From Histomonas meleagridis 2922-C6/04-290x (lineage: Eukaryota; Protista; Parabasalia), in contig JAANOX010000203.1 in assembly GCA_020184695.1 (NCBI GenBank), forward strand, positions 1 through 64,000: a DNA stretch of 64,000 nt. The letters run 5' to 3'. A program made the translations under genes and the position numbers. The notes beneath the pieces were generated by a model, which was given only the letters and a program-made list of their open reading frames with translations, was not told where the DNA came from and searched no databases. Below are positions 34,894-44,930 of this stretch, piece by piece. Position 1 is the first letter of the stretch, and the number at the start of each line of letters is the position of its first letter.

Positions 34894-36060
34894 ATGGAAG
34901 ATCCTCAATCGGAGGATCCTCAAGCAGAACAAAAAACAATTGACGCTGTAAGTTTTGCTGATTCTCTATCTTCTTTTGGGTGCTCTATGCGAGATCGTTT
35001 TATTAAAATTTTTTCTTCTGCATGGAATAAATTTTCACCAAACCAAGAAAACGATAATAATCAAATGAATTTTACCGCTCGTATATCAGATTTTATTGAT
35101 AAGAAAATAAGATTAAGAGAACGTCTAACCTCTCTTGTTGATTATGTTGTTCCAGATTTTAAACCAGATGATATTATTTTCGATTCAGACATGGAAATAG
35201 ACTCTGCTTTCGGAAGCCAAAGAGGAGGTACTAAGTTTCTTGATCTTTATACAGCTCAAGATATTACCGGTTTTATTCAAAACTCAAAACTTGGCGAATT
35301 ACTTAGTCAAGGCCCCTTTAAAGATTGGTACATTGAGCTTGATCTCTCAGATTGTTTTGTTCATTATGCTTATATGAGGTTAAAATCCCTTCCAGAGAAA
35401 GAAAAATTCATAGGTTTTCTTATAGCACAAAAAGGACCACTTCGCCTTAAGTCTGCAGGCCAAAACGAGACTCCAGGTCAAAAAATTGTACATTCAAAAT
35501 TACCAGAAGATCTTAATATGTTAAATATCCGATGGTTTGCACTTCAAAACCCATTTGCCAAGTTCTCCGCCAAGAGGCCACGCCTGCCAGGCCAGAATTA
35601 CCCAGGAACAGGACTTGCACGTGAAGCATACAACCTTTTGGTAACTTTATCGAAAAGTGCTAAGCGTGATGGAATTTTAAACGTACCAGAACATTTCCAT
35701 AATGCATTTCTCTATGAAAATTTCTTGTTTTTAGATCCTGACGATCAAGGAATGTTTGAAAAGATGTCCGAGGACCTTAATAAGGACATAAATGAAAGAG
35801 GTCTTGCAGCAGTAAGTTGGGCTATTTACTTTGGTTTTCTTAGATGTGATGAAGAGGTTGCTAAATGGGGTCAGTATGAACAAGTATTACCATTATCAGC
35901 AAAATTAGAAAGATATTTCCAATCAACAGATTATAAGAATGAAGTATTAGCTGCAAAACAAAGAAGAGGAAAATACCACATATTATGGGAAGAGGCAGAA
36001 AGCTATTGTTTGTCTGCAATTATTAGCTTTAGTGGTGATGATGTTCAAAAAGATAAGTAA
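34894..36060 (+). CDS. Conserved hypothetical protein with a bacterial-like domain
   Basis: 388-aa ORF with a distinctive motif: LNIRWFALQNP.AKF…RP.LPGQ.YPG.GL.RE…DGILNVPEHFHNA.LY. Confidence 0.7.
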   Translation: MEDPQSEDPQAEQKTIDAVSFADSLSSFGCSMRDRFIKIFSSAWNKFSPNQENDNNQMNFTARISDFIDKKIRLRERLTSLVDYVVPDFKPDDIIFDSDMEIDSAFGSQRGGTKFLDLYTAQDITGFIQNSKLGELLSQGPFKDWYIELDLSDCFVHYAYMRLKSLPEKEKFIGFLIAQKGPLRLKSAGQNETPGQKIVHSKLPEDLNMLNIRWFALQNPFAKFSAKRPRLPGQNYPGTGLAREAYNLLVTLSKSAKRDGILNVPEHFHNAFLYENFLFLDPDDQGMFEKMSEDLNKDINERGLAAVSWAIYFGFLRCDEEVAKWGQYEQVLPLSAKLERYFQSTDYKNEVLAAKQRRGKYHILWEEAESYCLSAIISFSGDDVQKDK

Positions 36061-36428
36061 AGATAATGAAAATATGTAATTGTTTGAGCATTCCTAAAAA
36101 TGATTTTATCCCTAAAACTTAATCTCGAAAAACTAAAACACATTTTGATTCAGATATCTTTGGTGTTGTCCACTATAGAATATGTGTTCTATATTTCAGT
36201 AGCGATAATGCCTATGCATTGCTTAGATAGAATTTCTTTAACTATGCGTTTTTTGGCATTTCATGAAATTATTTTGCGAAATTCAACAAACCGCTGACGA
36301 TGTTATCGCACATTCAAAATCGTTTACAATTCAATTTCCACTTTTTCTAAAACAAAATAACTTTTTAATAAATTTATATTTGAATGGTTCGCTCTTGAAC
36401 ACATTTGCAACACATGAAGAACTTTTCG

Positions 36429-38330
36429 TTAAGGCATTTCTTCTTTGCCTCCAATTTTAATATTTCTAGACCTCACTAATGTCACAATTACCCAAACATA
36501 TGTAATAATCAAAAAGTAGGTAAAAACGGATGTGAATATCGAGAACGCGCCACCATGGAAATACCCGATTACGAACCATGCCACAGTCACAATGAACACG
36601 CATATCCAAGAGATCACAAATTCGATGATTTGGGAGATGCATAACTTTTGTGACTCGAACCAAATTCCTGCAATGTTTAAGAATTGAATAAAGAACATTA
36701 AGTAATAAAACATCAAAACAGCGAATGTCATTGTGTCAAAGCTTAAGCAATCTCCAGCTTTATAACCCCATATCCAAATAACTGCAACAAGATGTTCGAC
36801 CTGTGTTTCTATGTATGGTATTATATAGATCCAACAGAACAAGAAGATGAACAGCAGATATAAATGTAATGGTAACTTTCGAGGTCGTGTCCAAAAATGT
36901 AATAAGCCCAAATAGAATTGTTGGAAAATTGTATATTCTCCTTCAGAATAAAACATAAAATCACTAAAATTATCAAGTTTCGATTTAAGTGGTATCCAAT
37001 ATGGTATTATACGAACAAATGCAATGGCTAAAAAGATCATTGAAAAAGGGAAAATTACGATACCGAAATTCAACGATATCTTTTCGGTTATGACGGGTGA
37101 AGTTTCACCAACAAAAAACTCAAATTCTTTTGTAGAATCTCCTTCAATGCGCAAGTTATGTCGTCCATTTTCAACTGTTACATTTAATGAATAAAGTCTT
37201 GTCCTGTTGTTAATTTGTCGAGTCATTGGTATATTTCCAATTAGGACATTATCAATATATAAATCAAGTGTTAAAACTGATGATGAAAAGCCTAAAACTC
37301 GAACTGGAAATGAGTTCACATTAAACACTTGATGCTTATGGACTTGATTTAATGGGGTTGGATATGTGACAGCAATTATATTTTCATCTGCTGGCGTTAT
37401 TTCAGAATATGCAATGGCATTCTTTTCAATGGTAATAAATCCAGCATGTGTATAACGACGTGATATTGGACATATGACTGATAATGTATCATTCACATGT
37501 TGAACATCTATCGATCGAGGGTGTGTATGACCGGCAATATACAAATGAGAACGTGTTATTACTGAACGTAAGCTTTCCCCATTTGGTGCGGATCGTTCCC
37601 AGATTGTCGATACTGGAAAATGTGATACAATTATATTCGTACCATTATCATAAATGCTACGTCTTAGTAAATCAACATCGTCTGGGTGAACTTGTGGTAG
37701 AGATCCAAATGGTGTGGTTGGGAGTGGTGGATGTAATACTGCAAATGATATAAAATTAATTGGTCCAATACTTGTGTTGATAGAAAATATTGTGCCTGTT
37801 TCACTGAGTTCATTATGAAAGGCAAATTTTTTGTAATAATTTAATGGCGTATCATCACCAGCAACTTTGAAATAATCATGGTTGCCTGGATATTCTAAAA
37901 GAACCCTTCCTTCTTTAACAAGACCTGACTCATATCTAGAATTGTTATATAAAACCCAATTTTGATAATTTGATGAATATATCTGAAAGAATGAACTACC
38001 TGCGGATGAGTCTGTAATGTCTCCTGATAATACAACAAGAGATGGATCTATTTTATCTGAAATATTTTTCATAAAGTTTTCGACATTAGTAACTTGTTCT
38101 GGAATTTGTGTAAAATGCGTATCTGAAATTTGTACAAAGTAATAAGGTTCTTCTGTAAATTCTTCTGTTTTAACTTTTGAATTAATTGGAGTGACACTGA
38201 CATTTCCAGTCGTGAAAAAAACAACAATTATAACTACTGCAATTATAATAAAGCTTAAAAAGTGTGAGAAAAAATATGGAAGAATTTTGATATTGTTTTG
38301 CCTTTCTTGTGTTGAGTCTTCCAAAATCAA
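36429..38330 (-). CDS. TMEM62-like calcineurin-type metallophosphoesterase membrane protein (no in-frame AUG at the N-terminus)
   Basis: N-terminal TM; QISDTH, SGDITD, PGNHD, SHFP, GHTHP motifs; multi-TM C-terminus. Confidence 0.8.
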   Translation of the reverse strand: MILEDSTQERQNNIKILPYFFSHFLSFIIIAVVIIVVFFTTGNVSVTPINSKVKTEEFTEEPYYFVQISDTHFTQIPEQVTNVENFMKNISDKIDPSLVVLSGDITDSSAGSSFFQIYSSNYQNWVLYNNSRYESGLVKEGRVLLEYPGNHDYFKVAGDDTPLNYYKKFAFHNELSETGTIFSINTSIGPINFISFAVLHPPLPTTPFGSLPQVHPDDVDLLRRSIYDNGTNIIVSHFPVSTIWERSAPNGESLRSVITRSHLYIAGHTHPRSIDVQHVNDTLSVICPISRRYTHAGFITIEKNAIAYSEITPADENIIAVTYPTPLNQVHKHQVFNVNSFPVRVLGFSSSVLTLDLYIDNVLIGNIPMTRQINNRTRLYSLNVTVENGRHNLRIEGDSTKEFEFFVGETSPVITEKISLNFGIVIFPFSMIFLAIAFVRIIPYWIPLKSKLDNFSDFMFYSEGEYTIFQQFYLGLLHFWTRPRKLPLHLYLLFIFLFCWIYIIPYIETQVEHLVAVIWIWGYKAGDCLSFDTMTFAVLMFYYLMFFIQFLNIAGIWFESQKLCISQIIEFVISWICVFIVTVAWFVIGYFHGGAFSIFTSVFTYFLIITYVWVIVTLVRSRNIKIGGKEEMP

Positions 38331-38477
38331 AATGCCGTTTCGTTCTGAAGCGTGTTTTTCAATAATTTACAAAATAGTATTTTGCAGAAAAACGAACGAT
38401 AAAATTTGAATGCATAATTTGGGCAAATATTTCGGTTATTATGGTGCATTTCTGAAATTTTTATTATCGTAAATAAC

Positions 38478-38883
38478 CACTTATGACTCAAAATTCTGTA
38501 ATATCACAGCACTGATGTGACACCTTTGGTCGCGAATCAAATTCCAATTTCTTAGATTCAAACATTCAATCCAGAATTGTCCTTGTCGTGTCTTATGTAT
38601 TAACACGTTGTTAGACGAATATATTCTGTGACTATCTGATGAAAAACATGCGAAATTTTTCAAAAAAAGACTTGGAGACGTGGCAACTTTTTTTGAGTTC
38701 AATTCAGAGTGAGACCAAAAAATTGAATGCTTATTAATGTATCGGATTTTTACGATAAATGACAAAAATTCTCATATGGGGCGCCCCAATTCCTTGGGAG
38801 TCCACTAAGAAGCTGGAATTTGATTCGCGACCAAAGGTGTCACATCAGTGCTGTGATCTTACAGAATGCTGTGTCAAGTTGTG
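38478..38883. mobile_element. MITE-like element, ~406 bp with ~78-80 bp imperfect terminal inverted repeats
   Basis: 38478-38555 is the reverse complement of 38805-38883, with perfect core ATCACAGCACTGATGTGACACCTTTGGTCGCGAATCAAATTCCA. No coding capacity inside. Confidence 0.75.
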
Positions 38884-39110
38884 ACTGGCCACATAAAAGT
38901 GAATTTTTAAAATGTTTTCAACCCACGTGTGCGAGTAGTTCTGTGTTACAAGAAATAAATTTTTCTTAAACATTTGTTTTACTTTTACCCTAAGATACAA
39001 TTGGAATGGTTGTGTATTTATATTTTAAGTTGGTTCCCTTTGGTAACTGCTGAAGAGAGAGTTCCATTAACGTTCTTTGCAATGACACTTTTTGTACCCA
39101 AGAGCAAAAC

Positions 39111-40229
39111 ATGGAAGTCAGCACATTAGTTTTTGATAATGGGGCATATACAATTCGTGCTGGTCTTGGTGGAGATATAGAACCATCATGCGTGATTCCA
39201 TCAGTTGTTGGGTGGACCAAAGGTGCGACATCACCAACAAATTCTGATGGTTCATTAAATTATTTTATTGGCCCAGAATCACTTGTTAACCTGTCTGCCA
39301 TTTTATTAAAGCGACCTATAGAAAACAGAATTATTACAAACTTTGATGATATGGAAAAACTTTGGAATCATATCTTTACAAATGAACTTTGTATGAAACC
39401 AGAAGAACACCCAGTTTTAATGACAGAATCACCAGATAATACCAAACCAGCACGTGAGAAGACTCTTCAAATAATGATGGAAACTTTTCAAATACCAGCC
39501 TTTTATCTTTCATATCCCGAAGTTCTTTCACTCTTTAGTGCTGGCATCACCACAGGCACAGTTATTGATTCCGGGGAAACCCTTACACATATTCTCCCAG
39601 TTTTTGAATGTTTTGGCATGACACATGTTCAATCCAAACTTGAAGTTGGAGGACGTCAGCTGAATGGTTATCTTAAGAAGCTCATTCTTCAATCCGGTGT
39701 TAAACTTCCATCTGGCTATGAACGTGAAAGCATTCGTGACATCAAAGAAAAGCTTTGTTACGTAGCTACAGACATTGATGCAGAAATGCAGAAGATAGAG
39801 CAAATGAACGCATCCGAGAAGCCATTCGTCCTCAGGAACGGTCAGGAGATCAAAATCACATCACAGAAATTTCAATGCACCGAACCACTTTTTGAGCCGG
39901 AGCTCCTTCAACTCGAATCCCAAGGCATCCCACAGCTTGTTTTCAACGCAATCGATAAATGCGATGACTTAAAAGCGCAAATGTTCGGTAATATTATGCT
40001 CACAGGAGGAAATTCAATGTTTCCAGGATTCGCTGAAAGACTCGAAAAAGATATTTCTGCAATCGAAAAGAATGAAAAGGTTAATGTAATCGCTTTGCCA
40101 AATAGGAAAAATGCTGCTTGGATAGGAGGTTCTGTCTTGGTGTCACTTGCAACATTTAGTCAGGCGTGGATCACTAAGGCAGAATATGACGAAGTCGGAC
40201 CTTCAATTATGCACTTGAAGTGCTTTTAA
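39111..40229 (+). CDS. Divergent actin / actin-like protein
   Basis: VFDNGAYTIRAG, PSVVG, PEEHPVLMTE, IDSGETLTH, IRDIKEKLCYVA, GGNSMFPG, AWIGGSVL, YDEVGPSIMH.KCF. Confidence 0.92.
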   Translation: MEVSTLVFDNGAYTIRAGLGGDIEPSCVIPSVVGWTKGATSPTNSDGSLNYFIGPESLVNLSAILLKRPIENRIITNFDDMEKLWNHIFTNELCMKPEEHPVLMTESPDNTKPAREKTLQIMMETFQIPAFYLSYPEVLSLFSAGITTGTVIDSGETLTHILPVFECFGMTHVQSKLEVGGRQLNGYLKKLILQSGVKLPSGYERESIRDIKEKLCYVATDIDAEMQKIEQMNASEKPFVLRNGQEIKITSQKFQCTEPLFEPELLQLESQGIPQLVFNAIDKCDDLKAQMFGNIMLTGGNSMFPGFAERLEKDISAIEKNEKVNVIALPNRKNAAWIGGSVLVSLATFSQAWITKAEYDEVGPSIMHLKCF

Positions 40230-40689
40230 TAATAATAAAAAGAAAACGTTAATGAGAATTTCATCAATTAAAATTCGCAATTAGTGATCAAGAATTTTTA
40301 TTAAGTCGTAATGCATTCGAAAATGAATCGGGTTGGCGAACTGGATGTCTTTAGATGAGTGTACCAAAAGTCGTTTGAATATTCACAAAATCGAGATTTA
40401 AATCTATATGTAGATCAAATTCATCTTCATAAAGTAAAGATATTTATTGTAAAGGATCTTCAAATCTTTTTTATTATTATGATTATTTTTTGCTGTTAGT
40501 CCCAAAAACCGAAGGACAAACGATAGATAAATTAAATGATCAGGAAACTGTTTTCCACAGAAAAAAGCTATCGGCGTTATATGAAATGCTTCTTTGCTGA
40601 ATAAATATTTTTAAAGGATTAAAGAGTGGAAGCAAATGAATTTTCTTCATTCTTTATAAAAAACAAATATTACATACGAAAGCTAAAGT

Positions 40690-41247
40690 TTAACAACAAC
40701 TTTTTTTCTGTTCTTGCTCGATTTCTTCAGATTTATCAAAATCTGAAACTTTTGATGCACCTTCTGCAACCATATCGAAAAGCTTTGTAACATTAAGACC
40801 TCGTTTTGCAGATGTTAATATAAAGTCGAAATTGTTGGTTTTTGCCCATTCTTTCATTGATAAGATAAACTCCGAATTTTCATCTTGAACCAAATCGAGT
40901 TTATTCCCAACAACTATCCCATAAAACTCTGTCTTTATCGATTCTGTGAAGTTGCTTAACCATCCTTTAAGCTCTTTTGCAGTATTCTCACGAGTCAAAT
41001 CAAAAACCAAGATAACTGCGTGAGCTCCTCGATAATAAATTGGACCTAGGGCTTTGTATTGTTCCATTCCTGCAGTGTCCCATATGTTTAAAGAAATTTG
41101 TTGATGATTAATTGTTGTTTGATATATATAATTTCCTGCACCTACAGTTGATTGATAATCAGAAGAAAAACAATTGTACTGAATTTTGTTCGAAAGTGAA
41201 GTTTTTCCAACAGCAATTGGACCGATCAGCACAGCTTTCCGATCCAT
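40690..41247 (-). CDS. Rab-family small GTPase
   Basis: GPIAVGKTS, YQSTVG, WDTAGMEQY, YYRGA, GNKLD, TSAK and C-terminal CC; likely ATG at 41247. Confidence 0.92.
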   Translation of the reverse strand: MDRKAVLIGPIAVGKTSLSNKIQYNCFSSDYQSTVGAGNYIYQTTINHQQISLNIWDTAGMEQYKALGPIYYRGAHAVILVFDLTRENTAKELKGWLSNFTESIKTEFYGIVVGNKLDLVQDENSEFILSMKEWAKTNNFDFILTSAKRGLNVTKLFDMVAEGASKVSDFDKSEEIEQEQKKSCC

Positions 41248-41513
41248 TGTTCTGCCTGAACATTTTACATTCGATTCAAAAGCAACCCGTTTGACGGTTA
41301 TTTTATCAAAACGAAAAATGCTGAATTGAGGATTTAATACATTATAACCCAAATTTAAGCTATCATATATCCTTGAAAATCATCGAGTATGATATTTGCT
41401 TGTGTGTTTTTTATTCAAATTTGCATAATTCAAAAAATAGTTATATCTCAAAGTTAATTCCATGATCACCTTTGTAAAAATCTACTACATAAGTATGCCA
41501 CTATGACAAGTGT

Positions 41514-41517
<4 letters not shown>

Positions 41518-41550
<33 letters not shown>
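41518..41550. repeat. (TA)~16 microsatellite followed by an A15 run at 41562-41576
   Basis: Read directly from the sequence. Confidence 0.95.
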
Positions 41551-41553
<3 letters not shown>

Positions 41554-41914
41554 ATCAATTTAAAAAAAAAAAAAAACAGAGGAAAACCCCTATGAAAAAG
41601 TTGTTTTTTGACTTGAAAATGATCGAATTATAAGTTTGTAAAACATGTTTCAATACTTTACTTTTCTGAAAAATATTAATTTTTACAAGAAATCAATCAA
41701 ATTATGTAAGATGAACATACATGAATTGAGTAAGCACTGATATGCTGAAGATAGTTGAAATATCTATTTAAGCTTAGAATATAAAATAATTTAATACAAT
41801 TTGTCACCAGATAAAGTTGGTTCGTTGTAGTTTACGACCGAATGGTGTTCAATTACAAACTTTTTCAGAGAGGGGTCCTTAACTGTGACTTCCCCCATTC
41901 CTCTTTTTATCTAA

Positions 41915-42985
41915 ATGGGAACTCTAAATTCAGAAACAAACATTGGATCCGTAGCATTTTCAAATTGTTATGATTTGACAATTTTGAAGCTTGGCACAGG
42001 ATTAACAAATTTTGGAGATAATTCATTTTCAAATTGTATATCGATAATAAATATTACAATTCCAAATTCAGTTCAATCTGTTGGATCCTCAGCTTTTTCA
42101 GGTTGTTATGGGTTAAAGATATTAACACTTGGCACAGGATTAACAGTGATTGCAAATGGCGCATTTTCGCAATGTTATAATCTTCAATGTATTTATTATT
42201 ACGGTACCGTCTTCACAGCCATGGATTGGAGAAAGTGCATATTCTTCAGTTAATGCAACAGTTCTTACATATGGTGATGAAAGATTTGGTCCATTTGCAG
42301 TGAATGATTATGAAGGATGAGAATGCATACCATTATTTACACATTCATTTTCAAGTTCAAACACATATACACAATCAAATACATTCATTAAATCAAATAC
42401 ATTTAGTAAATCAAATACGTACACTCAATCAAACTCATTCAGTAAATCAAATACATTCACTAAGTCCAATGCATTTATAAAATCACTTCAAAGTTATTTA
42501 TCTTTATCATTTTCTTATATAATAACCATTTCAGTATCTATTACCCATTCGTTAACTGTTTATGAAACGCAAATAATATCATTTTCATTATTTTTAAGTA
42601 ATTCAATGTTTTCATATATTGAAACTAAATTTATTTATTATGATTACACAATTGTTATTTATACAACATATTATAATTATTATTCAAATTTCTATACATA
42701 TATTAATATAAATGAATTCCTCAGTAATGACAATAATATAACGACAATTATTATTGTAATTGTTTTTTTGTTATTATAATTATTATAACACTACTTGTTG
42801 TATTATTGATTCGAATTCCAAACAAAAAATCAGAAAATATTAAAAACGAAAGTTCAGAAGAAAATGAAAATGAAAACAAAAAAGAAACCACAAATACATT
42901 TGCAACAGGAATATCTATGTCAACAATTGAAGAAGATCCTTTCGCTGATGATTTCAAAGAAGATAAATTTATTGTGCAAATGTAA
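41915..42985 (+). pseudogene. BspA-like leucine-rich-repeat surface protein (frameshifted, stops) with SNTF hexapeptide stalk, TM and EEDPFADDFKE tail
   Basis: TpLRR units (IG..AFS.C..L..L.LG.GL, ITIPNSV.SVG..AFSGC). Frameshift near 42210 and TGA near 42318; 18-bp S-N-T-F-x-K repeats at 42350-42480; TM then acidic tail. Confidence 0.8.
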
Positions 42986-43899
42986 TTTTGTTGAAATATT
43001 AAATTAGCTGATGCAATATTAAAGCCATTTTCTATTTTTAGAATAAACATTAAATTTCTTTGAGATTTGTTCTTTAATCATTAATATTAATTTCAATAAC
43101 AAGAAATGCATTTTTAAAAATCATTGAAAAAATAAAAAAAAACCGCATTTTTTGTGCATTATATTTTTTTTTTTAAATTATTATTAATCTTTTCAACTTT
43201 AACTATTTTTTATTACTTCATGTCTTTAGTATAAAATAGAATTATTACTCAAAAAATAAAACACAAAAAATTCTTTATTTTTTTCTTTTTCTTGCAATCA
43301 TTAGAAATATTTGATACGTAGTTAGACATGACATTACATTTACAAGTAGAATCTCTGCATCTACTGAATCCGTAATTGAGATACATGTTAGAATCAACAT
43401 TACATGTTAATTTCATTTGTTGTATTTATGTAATTCAATCTTATGCTTTTTGTGGGTGAACTTCATTAATTTCGTTGAAAGTGATTTTCGCTTCTTTTGG
43501 GAATTATGGATTTTCTTGATACACTGGTTTGGAAAGATACTATTCATCAAAATACTTTAATTGGTATTATTTGAGGTAAAATACAAATACAAATAATTCT
43601 ACATGTATAATCAACTTCTAATATAAGGAGAGCACGAATAATTTTCGAATTCATGATATTTTTTATAAAAAATCATTTTCTTTCTTAATGAGAGTATTTC
43701 ATTAATGACTTCAATCTTTTATATAATGAGTGAATTATCGTTCATGCTAAAACCTTTATTTAATCACATTATTATATTAATTTCGAAGTTTATTAAAATT
43801 TTCTATCTTCAGAAATTACTTAGTATAAGAGAAGCCACAATTTTTCTTGTGTGTTATCATTAAATAATACATACACAAACATTTATTCCAAACAATAAA

Positions 43900-44850
43900 T
43901 TACTTTTTCCTTCTGCTCATAGATTGCATTGTCATTGGCCTCGATGTTTGCCGTTCTGGGCTTCGAATGGCTTCGTCAATATCTATCATGTCCTGAATAA
44001 CGCTCTTCACGAAGTTAAACTTCTCCTCGAGGTCGTCTCCGACATTGTCTCTTCTTCTGTACTTGCTCAAGATTCCATTTGATGCCTTTTGATACATGTT
44101 TTCGATCGCGAGTCGAATTGTCGCAGCTTCTTCAGCCTTTGCTCTGTTTTGGTTTGCTTGGGTTTCTTGTAGATTTCGCTGTCTTCCAAATGCTTTAAAA
44201 CTCTCTTCTTCGGCTTGTGCAATGCATTTGAGCTGATAATCAACTTCAACACTACATTTTGAAGAGGACTCGTCATATAGTTGCATAGCGTCCTTAAGGC
44301 GCTGAAGCTCTTTCTTGGACCGCATAAGCTTGACATGAAGAGTACTACGCCATTTTGTTAAAGTATCATATTTCGTAACAATTCCTTGTATTTCATTAAT
44401 GCCACCGTTGTTAGCAACCTCAGGAGCTGCTTCAAAGACAGAGTCGAGGTATTCTTTGTAAGGAAGTGATTGTTGAAGTTTTAATTCAATGGCAGATTTT
44501 TTTTCCATCAACTTAGAATGTTCTTCAATAAGATGAGAAAGTTCTGCTTGCTTTGAAAGTAAAAGCTTTTCTTCGGATTGAAGGCGCTCTTCTTCCCTTT
44601 GACGTTTATTCCAATTATCAGTTACATATTGATCTTTAGAGTTAACTTCTTCTTGGTTTTCAAGATGCTTTTTCTCTAGCTCTTCTGCTTTCGCACGATA
44701 TTGTTTCATTTTGATTTCATGTTGCTGCTTTTTGGCATCAAGCTTAACTTGCAAATCATATTCCTCGCGCTTTTTATCAATTAAGCGTTCGAGACCAGTT
44801 TTGCTCTCTGGAACAAGTCCTAAAAGCCTCCTAGCTAAAACTCTTTGCAT
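43900..44850 (-). CDS. CFAP73/CCDC42-like (DUF4200) coiled-coil flagellar protein
   Basis: LIDKKREE..LQ..L..KK..H…L…DN.NKR.R and YL.SV.E…EI..I..KY.TL patterns; likely ATG at 44850. Confidence 0.6.
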   Translation of the reverse strand: MQRVLARRLLGLVPESKTGLERLIDKKREEYDLQVKLDAKKQQHEIKMKQYRAKAEELEKKHLENQEEVNSKDQYVTDNWNKRQREEERLQSEEKLLLSKQAELSHLIEEHSKLMEKKSAIELKLQQSLPYKEYLDSVFEAAPEVANNGGINEIQGIVTKYDTLTKWRSTLHVKLMRSKKELQRLKDAMQLYDESSSKCSVEVDYQLKCIAQAEEESFKAFGRQRNLQETQANQNRAKAEEAATIRLAIENMYQKASNGILSKYRRRDNVGDDLEEKFNFVKSVIQDMIDIDEAIRSPERQTSRPMTMQSMSRRKK

Positions 44851-44930
44851 GAAATTTTTGGTCCCAAAAATTCGACAAGTAACGTACAAAATACGATAGG
44901 AAAGTGTCCAATGATTGAGAATTTTACATT

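Noticed and set aside
38345-38370. 26-nt GT..AG candidate intron supplying an upstream ATG to the TMEM62-like gene
   Set aside because: No CTAAC branch, and splicing from either upstream ATG gives an immediate stop (TAA or TGA).
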